A program made the translations under genes and the position numbers. A stretch of 64,000 nt of DNA from Veleropilina oligotropha. Its lineage: Eukaryota. The notes beneath the pieces are model-generated. The model saw only the letters and a list, made by a program, of their open reading frames with translations, had not been told where the DNA came from and ran no database searches. This document shows positions 13,901 to 26,839 of this stretch, piece after piece. The stretch lies in NCBI GenBank assembly GCA_048128005.1, contig JBEUKZ010000022.1:186001-250000 (forward strand). The letters run 5' to 3'. Every line of letters begins with the position of its first letter. The stretch's first letter is position 1.

Positions 13901-16140
13901 ACCGACGAGAAACATGGCACTGAAACTGATACAGGTGATGACCAGTAACGGTCGGCTCTGGCTTGTATGTATTTATTAGACAATTATATGAGAGGCATAA
14001 CATGGTTTTGTTTTAACCAACATATATTAACGCACTGGCATCGATGTTTACGGCCATTCTCCATATCATATTAAGAACATGAAATTTGTGTATCAGTTAA
14101 AATGTCATATATCCCGACGGGACTCGAACCCGCGATCTCCTGAATTCCGTCCAGGAGCTCTACCGACTAAGCTACGGGAACCGACGAGAAACATGGCACT
14201 GAAACTGATACAGGTGATGACCAGTAATGGTCGGCTCTGGCTTGTATGTATTTATTAGACAATTATATGAGAGGAATAACATGGTTTTGTTTTAACCAAC
14301 ATATATTAACGCACTGGCATCGATGTTTACGGCCATTCGCCATATCATATTGAGAACATGAAATTTATGTATTAGTTAAAATGTCATATACCCCGACGGG
14401 ACTCGAACCCGCGATCTCCTGAATTGCGTCCAGGCGCTCTACCAACTAAGCTACGGGAACCAACGAGAAACATGGCACTGAAACTGATACAGGTGATGAC
14501 CAGTAACGGTCGGCTCTGGCTTGTATGTATTTATTAGACAATTATATGAGAGGCATAACATGGTTTTGTTTTAACCAACATATATTAACGCACTGGCATC
14601 GATGTCTACGGCCATTCTCCATATCATATTAAGAACATGAAATTTGTGTATCAGTTAAAATGTCATATATCCCGACGGGACTCGAACCCACGATCTCCTG
14701 AATTCCGTCAAGGCGCTCTACCGACTAAACTACGGGAACCGATGAGAAACATGGCACTGAAACTGATACAGGTGATGACCAGTAACGGTCGGCTCTGGCT
14801 TGTATGTATTTATTAGACAATTATATGAGAGGCATAACATGGTTTTGTTTTAACCAACATATATTAACACACTGGCATCGATGTTTATGGCCATTCTCCA
14901 TATCATATTAAGAACATGAAATTTGTGTATCAGTTAAAATGTCATATATCCCGATGGGACTCGAACCCGCAATCTCCTGAATTCCGTCCAGGCGCTCTAC
15001 CGACTAAGCTACGGGAACCGAAGAGAAACATGGCACTGAAACTAATACAGGTGATGACCAGTAACTGTCGGCTCTGGCTTGTATGTATTTATTAGACAAT
15101 TATATGAGAGGCATAACATGGTTTTGTTTTAACCAACATATATTAATGCACTGGCATCGATGTTTACGGCCATTCTCCATATCATATTAAGAACATGAAA
15201 TTTGTGTATCAGTTAAAATGTCATATATCCCGACGGGACTCGAACCCGCGATCTCCTGAATTCCGTCCAGGCACTCTACCGCCTAAGCTACGGGAACTGA
15301 CGAGAAACATGGCACTGAAACTGATACAGGTGATGACCAGTAACGGTCGGCTCTGGCTTGTATGTATTTATTAGACAATTATATGAGAGGCATAACATGG
15401 TTTTGTTTTAACCAACATATATTAACGCACTGGCATCGATGTTTACGGCCATTCTCCATATCATATTAAGAACATGAAATTTGTGTATCAGTTAAAATGT
15501 CATATATCCCGACGGGACTCGAACCCGCGATCTCCTGAATTCCGTCCAGGTGCTCTACCGACTAAGCTACGGGAACCGACGAGAAACATGGCACTGAAAC
15601 TGATACAGGTGATGACCAGTAACGGTCGGCTCTGGCTTGTATGTATTTATTAGACAATTATATGAGAGGCATAACATGGTTTTGTTTTAACCAACATATA
15701 TTAATGCACTGGCATCGATGTTTACGGCCATTCTCCATATCATATTAAGAACATGAAATTTGTGTATCAGTTAAAATATCATATATCCCGACGGGACTCG
15801 AACCCGCGATCTCCTGAATTCCGTCCAGGCGCTCTACCGACTAAGCTATGGGAACCGACGAGAAACATGGCACTGAAACTGATACAGGTGATGACCAGTA
15901 ATGGTCGGCTCTGGCTTGTATGTATTTATTAGACAATTATATGAGAGGCATAACATGGTTTTGTTTTAAGCAACATATATTAACGCACTGGCATCGATGT
16001 TTACGGCCATTCTCCATATCATATTAAGAACATATGTAATTTGTGTATCTAGTTAAAATGTCACATATCCCGACATGATTCGAACCCGCGATCTCTAGAA
16101 TTCCGTCCAGGCGCTCTACTGTTTGAGCTACGGGAACCTA

Positions 16141-16272
16141 CGTATGTATGTATGTATGTATTTATGTATGTATGTATGTATGTTTGCATGTATGTATGTA
16201 TGTATGTATGTATGTATGTATGTATGTATGTATGTATGTATGTATGTATGTATGTATGTATGTATGTATGTA
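16141..16272. repeat. (TATG)n microsatellite
   Basis: Direct reading; it follows a diverged monomer variant (16031-16140). Confidence 0.97.
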
Positions 16273-19200
16273 TTTATTAGACAATTATATGAGAGGCATA
16301 ACATGGTTTTGTTTTAACCAACATATATTAACGCACTGGCATCGATGTATACGGTCATTCTCCATATCATAATATTATTAATAACATATGAAATTTGTGT
16401 ATCAGTTAAAATGTCATATATCCCGATGGGACTCGAACCCGCGATCTCCTGAATTCCGTCCAGGCGCTCTACCGACTAAGCTACGGGAACCGACGAGAAA
16501 CATGGCATTGAAACTGATACGTGATGACCAGTTACGGTCGGCTCTGGCTTGTATGTATTTATTAGACAATTATATGAGAGGCATAACATGGTTTTGTTTT
16601 AACCAACATATATTAACGCACTGGCATCGATGTATACGGTCATTCTCCATATCATAATATTATTAATAACATATGAAATTTGTGTATCAGTTAAAATGTC
16701 ATATATCCCGATGGGACTCGAACCCGTGATCTCCTGAATTCCTTCCAGGCGCTCCACCGACTAAGCTACGGGAACCGACGTGAAACATGGCATTGAAACT
16801 GATACGTGATGACCAGTTACGGTCAGCTCTGGCTTGTATGTATTTATTAGACAATTATATGAGAGGTTTGTTTTAACCAACATATATTAACGCACTGGCA
16901 TTGATGTATACGGTCATTCTCCATATCATAATATTATTAATAACATATGAAATTTGTGTATCAGTTAAAATGTCATATATCCCGATGGGACTCGAACCCG
17001 CGATCTCCTGAATTCTGTCCAGGCGCTCTACCGACTAAGCTACGGGAACCGATGAGAAACATGGCATTGAAACTAATACGTGATGACCAGTTACGGTCGG
17101 CTCTGGCTTGTATGTATTTATTAGACAATTATATGAGAGGCATAACATGGTTTTGTTTTAACCAACATATATTAATGCACTTGCATCGATGTATACTGTC
17201 ATTCTCCATATCATAATATTATTAATAACATATGAAATTTGTGTATCAGTTAAAATGTCATATATCCCGACGGGACTTGAACCCGCGATCTCCTGAATTC
17301 CGTCCAGGCGCTCTACCGACTAAGCTACGGGAACCGACGAGAAACATGGCATTGAAACTGATACGTGATGACCAGTTACGGTTGGCTCTGGCTTGTATGT
17401 ATTTATTAGACAATTATATGAGAGGCATAACATGGTTTTGTTTTAACCAACATATATTAACACACTGGCATCGATGTATACGGTCATTCTCCATATCATA
17501 ATATTATTAATAACATATGAAATTTGTGTATCAGTTAAAATGTCATATATCCCGACGGGACTCGAACCCGCGATCTCCTGAATTCCGTCCAGGCACTCTA
17601 CCGACTAAGCTACGGGAACCGACGAGAAACATGGCATTGAAACTGATACGTGATGACCAGTTACGGTCGGCTCTGGCTTGTATGTATTTATTAGACAATT
17701 ATATGAGAGGCATAACATGGTTTTGTTTAAACCAACATATATTAACACACTGGCATCGAAGTATACGGTCATTCTCCATATCATAATATTATTAATAACA
17801 TATGAAATGTGTGTATCAGTTAAAATGTCATATATCCCGACGGGACTCGAACCCGCGATCTCCTGAATTCCGTCCAGGTGCTCTACCGACTATGCTACGG
17901 GAACCGACGAGAAACATGGCATTGAAACTGATACGTGATGACCAGTTACGGTCGGCTCTGGCTTGTATGTATTTATTAGACAATTATATGAGAGGCATAA
18001 CATGGTTTTGTTTTAACCAACATATATTAATGCACTGGCATCGATGTATACGGTCATTCTCCATATCATAATATTATTAATAACATATGAAATTTGTGTA
18101 TCAGTTAAAATGTCATATATCCCGACGGGGCTCGAACCCGCGATCTCCTGAATTCCGTCCAGGCGCTCTACCGACTAAGCTACGGGAACCGACGAGAAAC
18201 ATGGCATTGAAACTGATACGTGATGACCAGTTACGGTCGGCTCTGGCTTGTATGTATTTATTAGACAATTATATGAGAGGCATAACATGGTTTTGTTTTA
18301 ACCAACATATATTAACGCACTGGCATCGATGTATATGGTCATTCTCCATATCATAATATTATTAATAACATATGAAATTTGTGTATCAGTTAAAATGTCA
18401 TATATCCTGACGGGACTCGAACCCGCGATCTCCTGAATTCCGTCCAGGCACTCTACCGACTAAGCTACGGAAACCGACGAGAAACATGGCATTGAAACTG
18501 ATACGTGACGACCAGTTACGGTCGGCTCTGGCTTGTATGTATTTATTAGACAATTATATGAGAGGCATAACATGGTTTTGTTTTAACCAACATATATTAA
18601 CGCACTGGCATCGATGTATACGGTCATTCTCCATATCATAATATTATTAATAACATATGAAATTTGTGTATCAGTTAAAATGTCATATATCCCGACGGGA
18701 CTCGAACCCGCGATCTCCTGAATTCTGTCCAGGTGCTCTACCGACTAAGCTACGGGAATCGACGAGAAACATGGCATTGAAACTGATACGTGATGACCAG
18801 TTACGGTCGGCTCTGGCTTGTATGTATTTATTAGACAATTATATGAGAGGCATAACATGGTTTTGTTTTAACCAACATATATTAACGCACTGGCATCGAT
18901 GTATACGGTCATTCTCCATATCATAATATTATTAATAACATATGAAATTTGTGTATCAGTTAAAATGTCATATATCCCGACGGGACTCGAACCCACGATC
19001 TCCTGAATTCCGTCCAGGTGCTCTACCGACTAAGCTACGGGAACCGATGAGAAACATGGCATTGAAACTGATACTTGATGACCAGTTACGGTCGGCTCTG
19101 GCTTGTATGTATTTATTAGACAATTATATGAGAGGCATAACATGGTTTTGTTTTAACCAACATATATTAACGCACTGGCATCGATGTATACGGTCATTCT

Positions 19201-20040
19201 CCATATCATAATATTATTAATAACATATGAAATTTGTGTATCAGTTAAAATGTCATATATCCCAACGGGACTCGAACCCGCGATCTCCTGAATTCCGTCC
19301 AGGCGCTCTACCGACTAAGCTACGGGAACCGACGAGAAACATGGCATTGAAACTGATACGTGATGACCAGTTACGGTCGGCTCTGGCTTGTATGTATTTA
19401 TTAGACAATTATATGAGAGGCATAACATGGTTTTGTTTTAACCAACATATATTAACGCACTGGCATCGATGTATACGGTCATTCTCCATTTCATAATATT
19501 ATTAATAACATATGAAATTTGTGTATCAGTTAAAATGTCATATATCCCTATGGGACTCAAACCCGCGATCTCCTGAATTCCGTCCAGGCGCTCTACCGAC
19601 TAAGCTACGGGAACCGACGAGAAACATGGCATTGAAACTGATACGTGATGACCAGTTACGGTCGGCTCTGGCTTGTATGTATTTATTAGACAATTATATG
19701 AGAGGCATAACATGGTTTTGTTTTAACCAACATATATTAACGCACTGGCATCGATGTATACGGTCATTCTCCATATCATAATATTATTAATAACATATGA
19801 AGTTTGTGTATCAGTTAAAATGTCATATATCCCGACGGGACTCGAACCAGCGATCTCCTGAATTCCGTCCAGGTGCTCTGCCGACTAAGCTACGGGAACC
19901 GACGAGAAACATGGCATTGAAACTGATACGTGATGACCAGTTACGGTCGGCTCTGGCTTGTATGTATTTATTAGACAATTATATGAGAGGCATAACATGG
20001 TTTTGTTTTAACCAACATATATTAACACACTGGCATCGAT
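16273..20040 (-). repeat. 285-bp satellite subfamily block (about 13 monomers)
   Basis: Diagnostic changes: ATCATAATATTATTAATAACATATG (+8), GATACGTGATG (-2), CATGGCATTG, GTATACGGTC. ORF starts are spaced 285 bp apart. Confidence 0.95.
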
Positions 20041-21577
20041 GTTTACGGCCATTCTCCATATCATATTAAGAACATGAAATATGTGTATCAGTTAAAATGT
20101 CATATATCCCGATGGGACTCGAACCCGCGATCTCCTGAATTCCGTCCAGGCGCTCTACCGACTAAGCTACGGGAACCGACGAGAAACATGGCACTGAAAC
20201 TAATACAGGTGATGACCAGTAACTGTCGGCTCTGGCTTGTATGTATTTATTAGACAATTATATGAGAGGCATAACATGGTTTTGTTTTAACCAACATATA
20301 TTAATGCACTGGCATCGATGTTTACGGCCATTCTCCATATCATATTAAGAACATGAAATTTGTGTATCAGATAAAATGTCATATATCCCGACGGGACTCG
20401 AACCAGCGATCTCCTGAATTCCGTCCAGGCGCTCTACCGACTAAGCTACGGGAACTGACGAGAAACATGGCACTGAAACTGATACAGGTGATGACCAGTA
20501 ACGGTCGGCTCTGGCTTGTATGTATTTATTAGACAATTATATGAGAGGCATAACATGGTTTTGTTTTAACCAACATATATTAACGCACTGGCATCGATGT
20601 TTACGGCCATTCTCCATATCAAATTAAGAACATGAAATTTGTGTATCAGTTAAAATGTCATATATCCCGACGGGACTCGAACCCGCGATCTCCTGAATTC
20701 CGTCCAGGCGCTCTACCGACTAAGCTACGGGAACCGACGAGAAACATGGCACTGAAACTGATACAGGTGATGACCAGTAATGGTCGGCTCTGGCTTGTAT
20801 GTATTTATTAGACAATTATATGAGAGGCATAACATGGTTTTGTTTTAACCAACATATATTAACGCACTGGCATCGATGTTTACGGCCATTCTCCATATCA
20901 TATTAAGAACATGAAATTTGTGTATCAGTTAAAATGTCATATATCCCGACGGGACTCGAACCCGCGATCTCTTGAATTCCGCCCAGGCACTCTACCGACT
21001 AAGCTATGGGAACCGACGAGAAACATGGCACTGAAACTGATACAGGTGATGACCAGTAACGGTCGGCTCTGGCTTGTATGTATTTATTAGACAATTATAT
21101 GAGAGGCATAACATGGTTTTGTTTTGACCAACATATATTAACGCACTGGCATCGATGTTTACGGCCATTCGCCATATCATATTAAGAACATGAAATTTGT
21201 GTATCAGTTAAAATGTCATATATCCCGACGGGACTCGAACCCGCGATCTCCTGAATTCCGTCCAGGCGCTCTACCGACTAAGCTACGGGAACCGACGAGA
21301 AACATGGCACTGAAACTGATACAGGTGATGACCAGTAACGGTCGGCTCTGGCTTGTATGTATTTATTAGACAATTATATGAGAGGCATAACATGGTTTTG
21401 TTTTAACCAACATATATTAACGCACTGGCATCGATGTATACGGTCATTCTCCATATCATATTAAGAACATATGTAATTTGTGTATCAAGTTAAAATGTCA
21501 CATATCCCGACGGGACTCCAACCCGCGATCTCTAGAATTCCGTCCAGGTGCTCTACTGCTTGAGCTACGGGAACCTA

Positions 21578-22172
21578 CGTATGTATGTATGTATGTATGT
21601 ATGTATGTATGTATGTATTTATGTATGTATGTATGTATGTTTGCATGTATGTATGTATGCATGTATGCATGCATGTATGCATGTATGCATGCATGCATGT
21701 ATGTATGTATGTATGTATGTATGTATGTATGTATGTATGTATGTATGTATGTATGTATGTATGTATGTATGTATGTATGTATGTATGTATGTATGTATGT
21801 ATGTATGTATGTATGTATGTATGTATGTATGTATGTATGTATGTATGTATGTATGTATGTATGTATGTATGTATGTATGTATGTATGTATGTATGTATGT
21901 ATGTATGTATGTATGTATGTATGTATGTATGTATGTATGTATGTATGTATGTATGTATGTATGTATGTATGTATGTATGTATGTATGTATGTATGTATGT
22001 ATGTATGTATGTATGTATGTATGTATGTATGTATGTATGTATGTATGTATGTATGTATGCATGCATGCATGCATGCATGCATGCATGCATGCATGCATGC
22101 ATGCATGTATGTATGTATGTATGTATGTATGTATGTATGTATGTATGTATGTATGTATGTATGTATGTATGT
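21578..22172. repeat. (TATG)n/(CATG)n microsatellite ending the array
   Basis: Direct reading; preceded by the same diverged monomer variant as at 16.0 kb. Confidence 0.98.
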
Positions 22173-22360
22173 AGGTATGGCACAGATATTGATCATTAGT
22201 TATATTTTAGCTTAATCTTATCATAGAGACTTGCCGTTTTTGTTTGAACTAAACTGGTTTGTTTATGCTGGTTGAAGTATAATTCGTTTATACTTTAGTC
22301 AAGATCTATTTTGAAATAGCTTTAACAAATATTTACTTAATTAAGCAGGAGTTAGTGAGA

Positions 22361-23676
22361 CTAACCGTTCTCGCTCGTGGCCCTCAGCTTAGAATGAACA
22401 AGCATATCACGTAAACTCTTATTTTTGCGATACGCTATGACTGTTTTGGCCTCGAAAGGCACGCTTAATTTGGTTTGCAGTTCTGCGTATTTGCTTTTGA
22501 TAATTTTAGCAATGTCAACATTTTTCCTGTTGTATTGGATTCGAATAGATATAATGTCTCTCGGAGCACCAGTCCGGAATGCACATTCATACCGCAAGGA
22601 TGTTTTGTCATGAGCGTTCTAATCCAATAACTTTCTCTCTCTTTACGTAGTCGGTCAGTTTCATCTTGTGTTGCTAAAACTTCTGTTTTTAGCACCGTTA
22701 GATTTACCCTCGTCAGCTGCCTGTTGAGCATAGAGGTAGTCAAATTGTTTTTTGGTAAGTGCACCTGTTTCTTTTAAAGAAAGCAAGACAGTATTGAAGT
22801 TATCACGATTGTTAGGCCAGATGGGATCGTCAATTTGTCGGTAGTGTTTTGGATTGTTTAGCTGCCTTTCGGCTTCTTTGATGTAACTAGCTATGGTACC
22901 CGTCTTCGCCGGGCAAGTCCCCCCACCCCCATTTTTTTTTTTTTTTTTTTTGGATAGTGCTCCCTTAAATATTTTTTTTTTTTCCCGAATTTTCCGAATT
23001 TTTTTCGTGGTAAACCTTCCTTGGGGGACCCCGATTAACCCCCCAAAGTTTGAAGGTCCTAGGTCAAAGCGTCTGGGAGGAGTTCAACTTGAAACAGACA
23101 CGCACGCACGCACGCCCGCCCGCCCGCCCGCACACATACAATTATAGCTCCATTATATTAAGATTATCTCGTTTTAACAAAACTATTGCAGAACCTTTAT
23201 CAGCGGGTTTGATTACAATATCCTCATCCTTTTTTAGGTTTATTAGAGATTTACGCTCTTGAAAAGTTAGATTTTGTTTATCATTGACTTTATTCATATT
23301 GCGTACGTCTACTCTAGTTTCTTTGACAATTTGGTTAATTATGGGATCCACTTTATCACTGGAAACTGACAATTTGCTTGGAGCAGTGAATGGAAGTTTA
23401 TCTCTGTTTATTGGACATTTACGAAAGTGATCTGTTACCGTTAATTTGTGATCAAATTCAGAGACCTCTAAAAATCCATTATCTAAAGCATAATCTAAAC
23501 CTGTTTTTTTTGGGGGGGGGGGTTGGTACATAAGTTAGGCCACGAGCGAGCAGAGAGGTCTCAGAAGAACTGAGCTCCCTCCCGGTTAGGTTAATAATGT
23601 TGTTAGTTCCTAACTCTGACTTGGGCTGGTTAGTTCCCTTAACCGTATCTAGTTTAAATCTAAGTGGTTCAGACAA
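22361..23676 (-). pseudogene. Penelope-like element pol remnant (RT N-terminus, GIY-YIG C-terminus; RT core deleted)
   Basis: Motifs NIINLTGRELSSSETSLLARGLTYVPTP, NLTFQERKSLINLKKDEDIVIKPADKGSAIVLL, YIKEAERQLNNPKHY, ERESYWIRTLMTKHPCGMN and AYRKNKSLRDMLVHSKL are typical of Penelope-like elements. Frameshift at the homopolymer near 23505-23522. Confidence 0.85.
22887..23163 (-). mobile_element. Non-autonomous Helitron (277 bp)
   Basis: The minus strand begins TC and ends CTAG, with hairpin CCCGGCGAAGACGGG just upstream of the 3' end. It is inserted at A^T without a TSD and has internal (GCGG)n/(GCGT)n repeats. Removing it restores Penelope LLKRDN|YIKEAERQL. Confidence 0.85.
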
Positions 23677-25112
23677 TGAGCGTAGTACCTATTTGCTGTC
23701 TCCATGGTCCAATGAACCTGATCATGTGCCAAGACTCTGAAATCGCGCTGGTCAAGGGCGGGGATGATGGTTACAATCCTGAGATTCTTTAGCACTACAT
23801 TGAATTCTCTGAGCATGTCTTGGTCTTTTACTTTTGTATCTGAATAGTTGAGCTCCTGAATGAAAATCTGGGCAGCTGGAAACTTAACTCTAATGGAGCT
23901 CACCACAAGCTTTAGATCGGAGACCAATTTAGATTTAACCCTAGCAGAAACGTTGGTTCCAATATTTAGCAAAATCTTAGAAGCTTGGAACCCTGCAGTG
24001 AATTTTGCGACCATGTTTCTTATGTGTGTGACATTGGCACCTGGATAACAGTGAATTTGCATGTCCTCATGGGGATCAACGTTTATCCTGCTAATGTTTG
24101 AACTACCGATAAGAAGGACATGCTTATTAACTCGAGGTAAATACCAATTAGACTTATCGCCAATATGCGCTCGAAATTGCGAAAACTTAGTCTTATGGGA
24201 ATTCCTCGTATAGGCCGCGGTGGATGAGGTGGGAGTCGGTGAAGCCGGCCTCCCTGGCTTGTTAGTATGGTTAACAGTAGGCGGAGACGAAACCACAGTA
24301 GAGAACAGACGGGGTGGGTGGTGCGAATTCGGCATTCGGTCAACCCCAGCCCCAGGGGGCGGTGGAGTTTTCTTCATGTCGATCCGCTTAGAAGAGGGTG
24401 CTAGAATCGGAGATGCAGAAGATGCTACAAAAGAAGTACTCGGAGAACCTAGCTGTCCAGATCCACCGCTCCCAGAAGGGGCAGGCGTCACCTTCTCGCT
24501 AGGTCTCGTTGTACTGACAGGAGGAGAAACCGTAGGTGACCGAGCTCTTTTTCGCGTGGGATTTTCAGGGACAGCAACAGGCTGATCTAAATTGCTGACA
24601 GGGGGTTTCAAGTTAGCTAAGAAGGATTCGTACTCAGAAATTGCCACCAGAGATAACTTCGACCCATAGTTTTTCTTACCCCATTTAATTGCATGGTCAC
24701 GAGCTCGGTCGAAATCTAAGATTAATTGACTATACGAAGTTTTAACATCTGACTCCAATGACGTTAGTGTGGACTTACAATGTTGGGCCAGCTCCCTCAT
24801 TTGCTTGTTAAGAAATTCCTCATTGATCAGCCTTATTGAGTTTAAAAATGCCACGGAAGGTTGTGCTGGTTTAAAGAAAGAATTTAGCTCCCTTAGCTTT
24901 ACTTCAGCGTATTTAGGTAACGTGCCCGAGTCAAAATGGCACTCAGAAATACCGAGATGATGGAAAATTTGAAGAACTCGGTAATAAAGCTTCACCAGGC
25001 GTGAATAACCTGAAAACGCCTGGCTTTGCTCTTTATCGTTACGTGACCTGGCTTTACCGGACTGATTCCGATGACCTCTCGTGAATTTACGGGCCATTGA
25101 CCTACCTAACAA
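23649..25112 (-). CDS. ORF1 of the Penelope-like element: helical N-terminus, Pro/Ser-rich linker, C-terminal SGNH/GDSL-hydrolase-like domain
   Basis: 487-aa open frame directly upstream of, and overlapping, the PLE pol. SGNH-like blocks LLIGSSNI, YPGA, LNIGTN and DQVH. Confidence 0.75.
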   Translation of the reverse strand: MLGRSMARKFTRGHRNQSGKARSRNDKEQSQAFSGYSRLVKLYYRVLQIFHHLGISECHFDSGTLPKYAEVKLRELNSFFKPAQPSVAFLNSIRLINEEFLNKQMRELAQHCKSTLTSLESDVKTSYSQLILDFDRARDHAIKWGKKNYGSKLSLVAISEYESFLANLKPPVSNLDQPVAVPENPTRKRARSPTVSPPVSTTRPSEKVTPAPSGSGGSGQLGSPSTSFVASSASPILAPSSKRIDMKKTPPPPGAGVDRMPNSHHPPRLFSTVVSSPPTVNHTNKPGRPASPTPTSSTAAYTRNSHKTKFSQFRAHIGDKSNWYLPRVNKHVLLIGSSNISRINVDPHEDMQIHCYPGANVTHIRNMVAKFTAGFQASKILLNIGTNVSARVKSKLVSDLKLVVSSIRVKFPAAQIFIQELNYSDTKVKDQDMLREFNVVLKNLRIVTIIPALDQRDFRVLAHDQVHWTMETANRYYAHCLNHLDLN

Positions 25113-25329
25113 GTTACGAAGTGACTTCGAAAAAGCTCAGTTTGTGCTATACCTCACAATGAAGACCAGAAGACGCATTACTGTTATATATTTATTATGC
25201 AAAAAATACTATCTATTCTTGGGGGTTTGGGGACAGCTCGGCATAAATTACAAAATTAAAAAAAAGCAGCGAAAAGCAACAAAGAAGCAGAGTTAGCGGG
25301 CATCGTAAGTTGCCCAATACTTTAAGAGC

Positions 25330-25740
25330 AAAACCATTAATGCGCCAACCGTTGAGGCATCGAGAAATACCAGACGCAAGTTAATGACATCAATGAAGCT
25401 TGTAACCATTAACGCACCAACCGTTGAGACACCGTAAGTTGTCAGACGCAGGTTAATGGCATTAATGAAGCCCGAAACCATTAATGTACCAACCATTGAG
25501 GTATTGTGATCCAAGTTGCCAGACGCAGATTAATCGCATTAATGAAGCTTAAAAACCATCAATGCACCAACCTTTGAGGTATCGTAGTTACCAGACGCAG
25601 GTTAATGGCATTAATGTAGCTGTATTCACAAAAAACATCATATTTAAAATAATGAAGCTTAAAACATCAATGCACCAACCGTTGAGGTATCGTAGTTACC
25701 AGACGCAGGCTAATGGCATCAATGTAGATGTATTCACAAC
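25330..25740. repeat. Degenerate tandem repeat (about 70-110 bp units) upstream of the PLE ORF1
   Basis: Recurring ACCATTAATGCACCAACCGTTGAGG...CCAGACGCAGGTTAATGGCATTAATG, about 5 copies. Confidence 0.85.
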
Positions 25741-25958
25741 AACAACAAAAAACATATTTAAAATAATTTAAATTCTGTTACCATTACTAATTTGAAGTAT
25801 TAAGATGAAGGAAAACAATTATATAATGATCCAAAAAATAATGTACAATTTAAAGTAACTTTTCGCATTGGGAGAATTAAATAGCCAAATAGGAGGCTAA
25901 ATTTAGCCGAGTATCCACAAAAGAAAATGTTTTTGAATTAAATAAAGTAAATTGTGAA

Positions 25959-26417
25959 TTAGAGTTGGGCCCGGTCCATAAAAATCAGGATAAGATAGAT
26001 CAACTTAGCTGTCATGACGCCTGGTGCAGATGTTCCAGCGGCAATGTTGGCAACCGCTGTCTGCAGTGAGGCAATTTCCGCCCGGAGCGAAGCCACTTCC
26101 GTTGCAATATTGCTTCCATTTTGAAGATCGGAATCACTCCGCGCACATGAGTGATTCGGCAACCGAGAACTTGATTCGGGCTCTCGCAGAGAAGAAATAG
26201 TTTCTGCCACGGTGGACGAGGTGGACAGATCGCTTACGTCCAAAGAAATAGGAGTGTCCTGCACTAACGTATTGCGATCATTTGATCCTGTCCGGTTTAA
26301 CTCCCATAGCTTCAATAAATCGTTTCGATTAAAAGATCTCGGCACGTTAATGCCACTTTGCGAAACATTCGCTCTGAGTTGGTCTAGAGTCCAGTTTTGG
26401 GGTTCGTTGGTGGCCAA
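25959..26417 (-). pseudogene. Retroelement ORF1/gag-like fragment with SAP/HeH-like N-terminal motif and short coiled coil
   Basis: NWTLDQLRANVSQSGINVPRSFNRNDLLKLW resembles a helix-extension-helix motif; EVASLRAEIASLQTAV forms heptads. The family (possibly DIRS/Ngaro) is a guess. Confidence 0.4.
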
Positions 26418-26839
26418 ACTTGCATTGCGGCGCGCACGACGTCTACCAGAGGCACTGTTTTCGGATGGAGTAATGGCGGCACTGTTGTCAGTTCGAGTAA
26501 TGGCGGTTTGCGCTTCGCTGTAACTGCTGTCTCGGTGTAAGGACAGTTCTTACGCCACGGGTGCGGCGCCGCCTTTCCATGCTAGCAATTGGTATCCATA
26601 AAAGTGATATTTTGTAGCGCAATAAGATTGTCGTAGAAATGAAGATAGAAAATAAATTTTCGACACCTATAAATAGTGCGACCGCAACTCTCGGCACTCA
26701 AATGACCACTGCTTAGAACAAAGGCGTAGTAATTATACATGTACTGTGGGGGCTACATGTACAAGTATATGGGTATTGTGAGGCTAGCACAAACCACTAC
26801 TTGCAGCTCCGCAGCAAATACACCAATAAAGTTAAGAGC

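Larger units (their letters stand above)
1..21577 (-). repeat. Tandem satellite of tRNA-like monomers (279-bp and 285-bp subfamilies, about 75 copies; array continues past the left edge)
   Basis: The same monomer recurs throughout (e.g. ATGAAATTTGTGTATCAG every 279 bp; every 285 bp in 16.4-20.0 kb). Each monomer contains a tRNA-like segment on the minus strand. Confidence 0.98.

Noticed and set aside
1269..20069. Repeated 63-90 aa ORFs (MKFVYQLKCH...)
   Set aside because: They are antisense read-throughs of the tRNA-like monomer. Their length depends on chance indels and point changes, and the frame is closed early in most monomers.
1..21577. CRISPR array or functional tRNA gene cluster
   Set aside because: There are no unique spacers or cas genes. 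The cloverleaf has a defective acceptor stem and a non-canonical anticodon loop, so no amino-acid identity is assigned.
21478..22215. ORFs of 200+ aa (MYVC/IHTY repeats), also 16123-16372
   Set aside because: Translations of the (TATG)n microsatellite.
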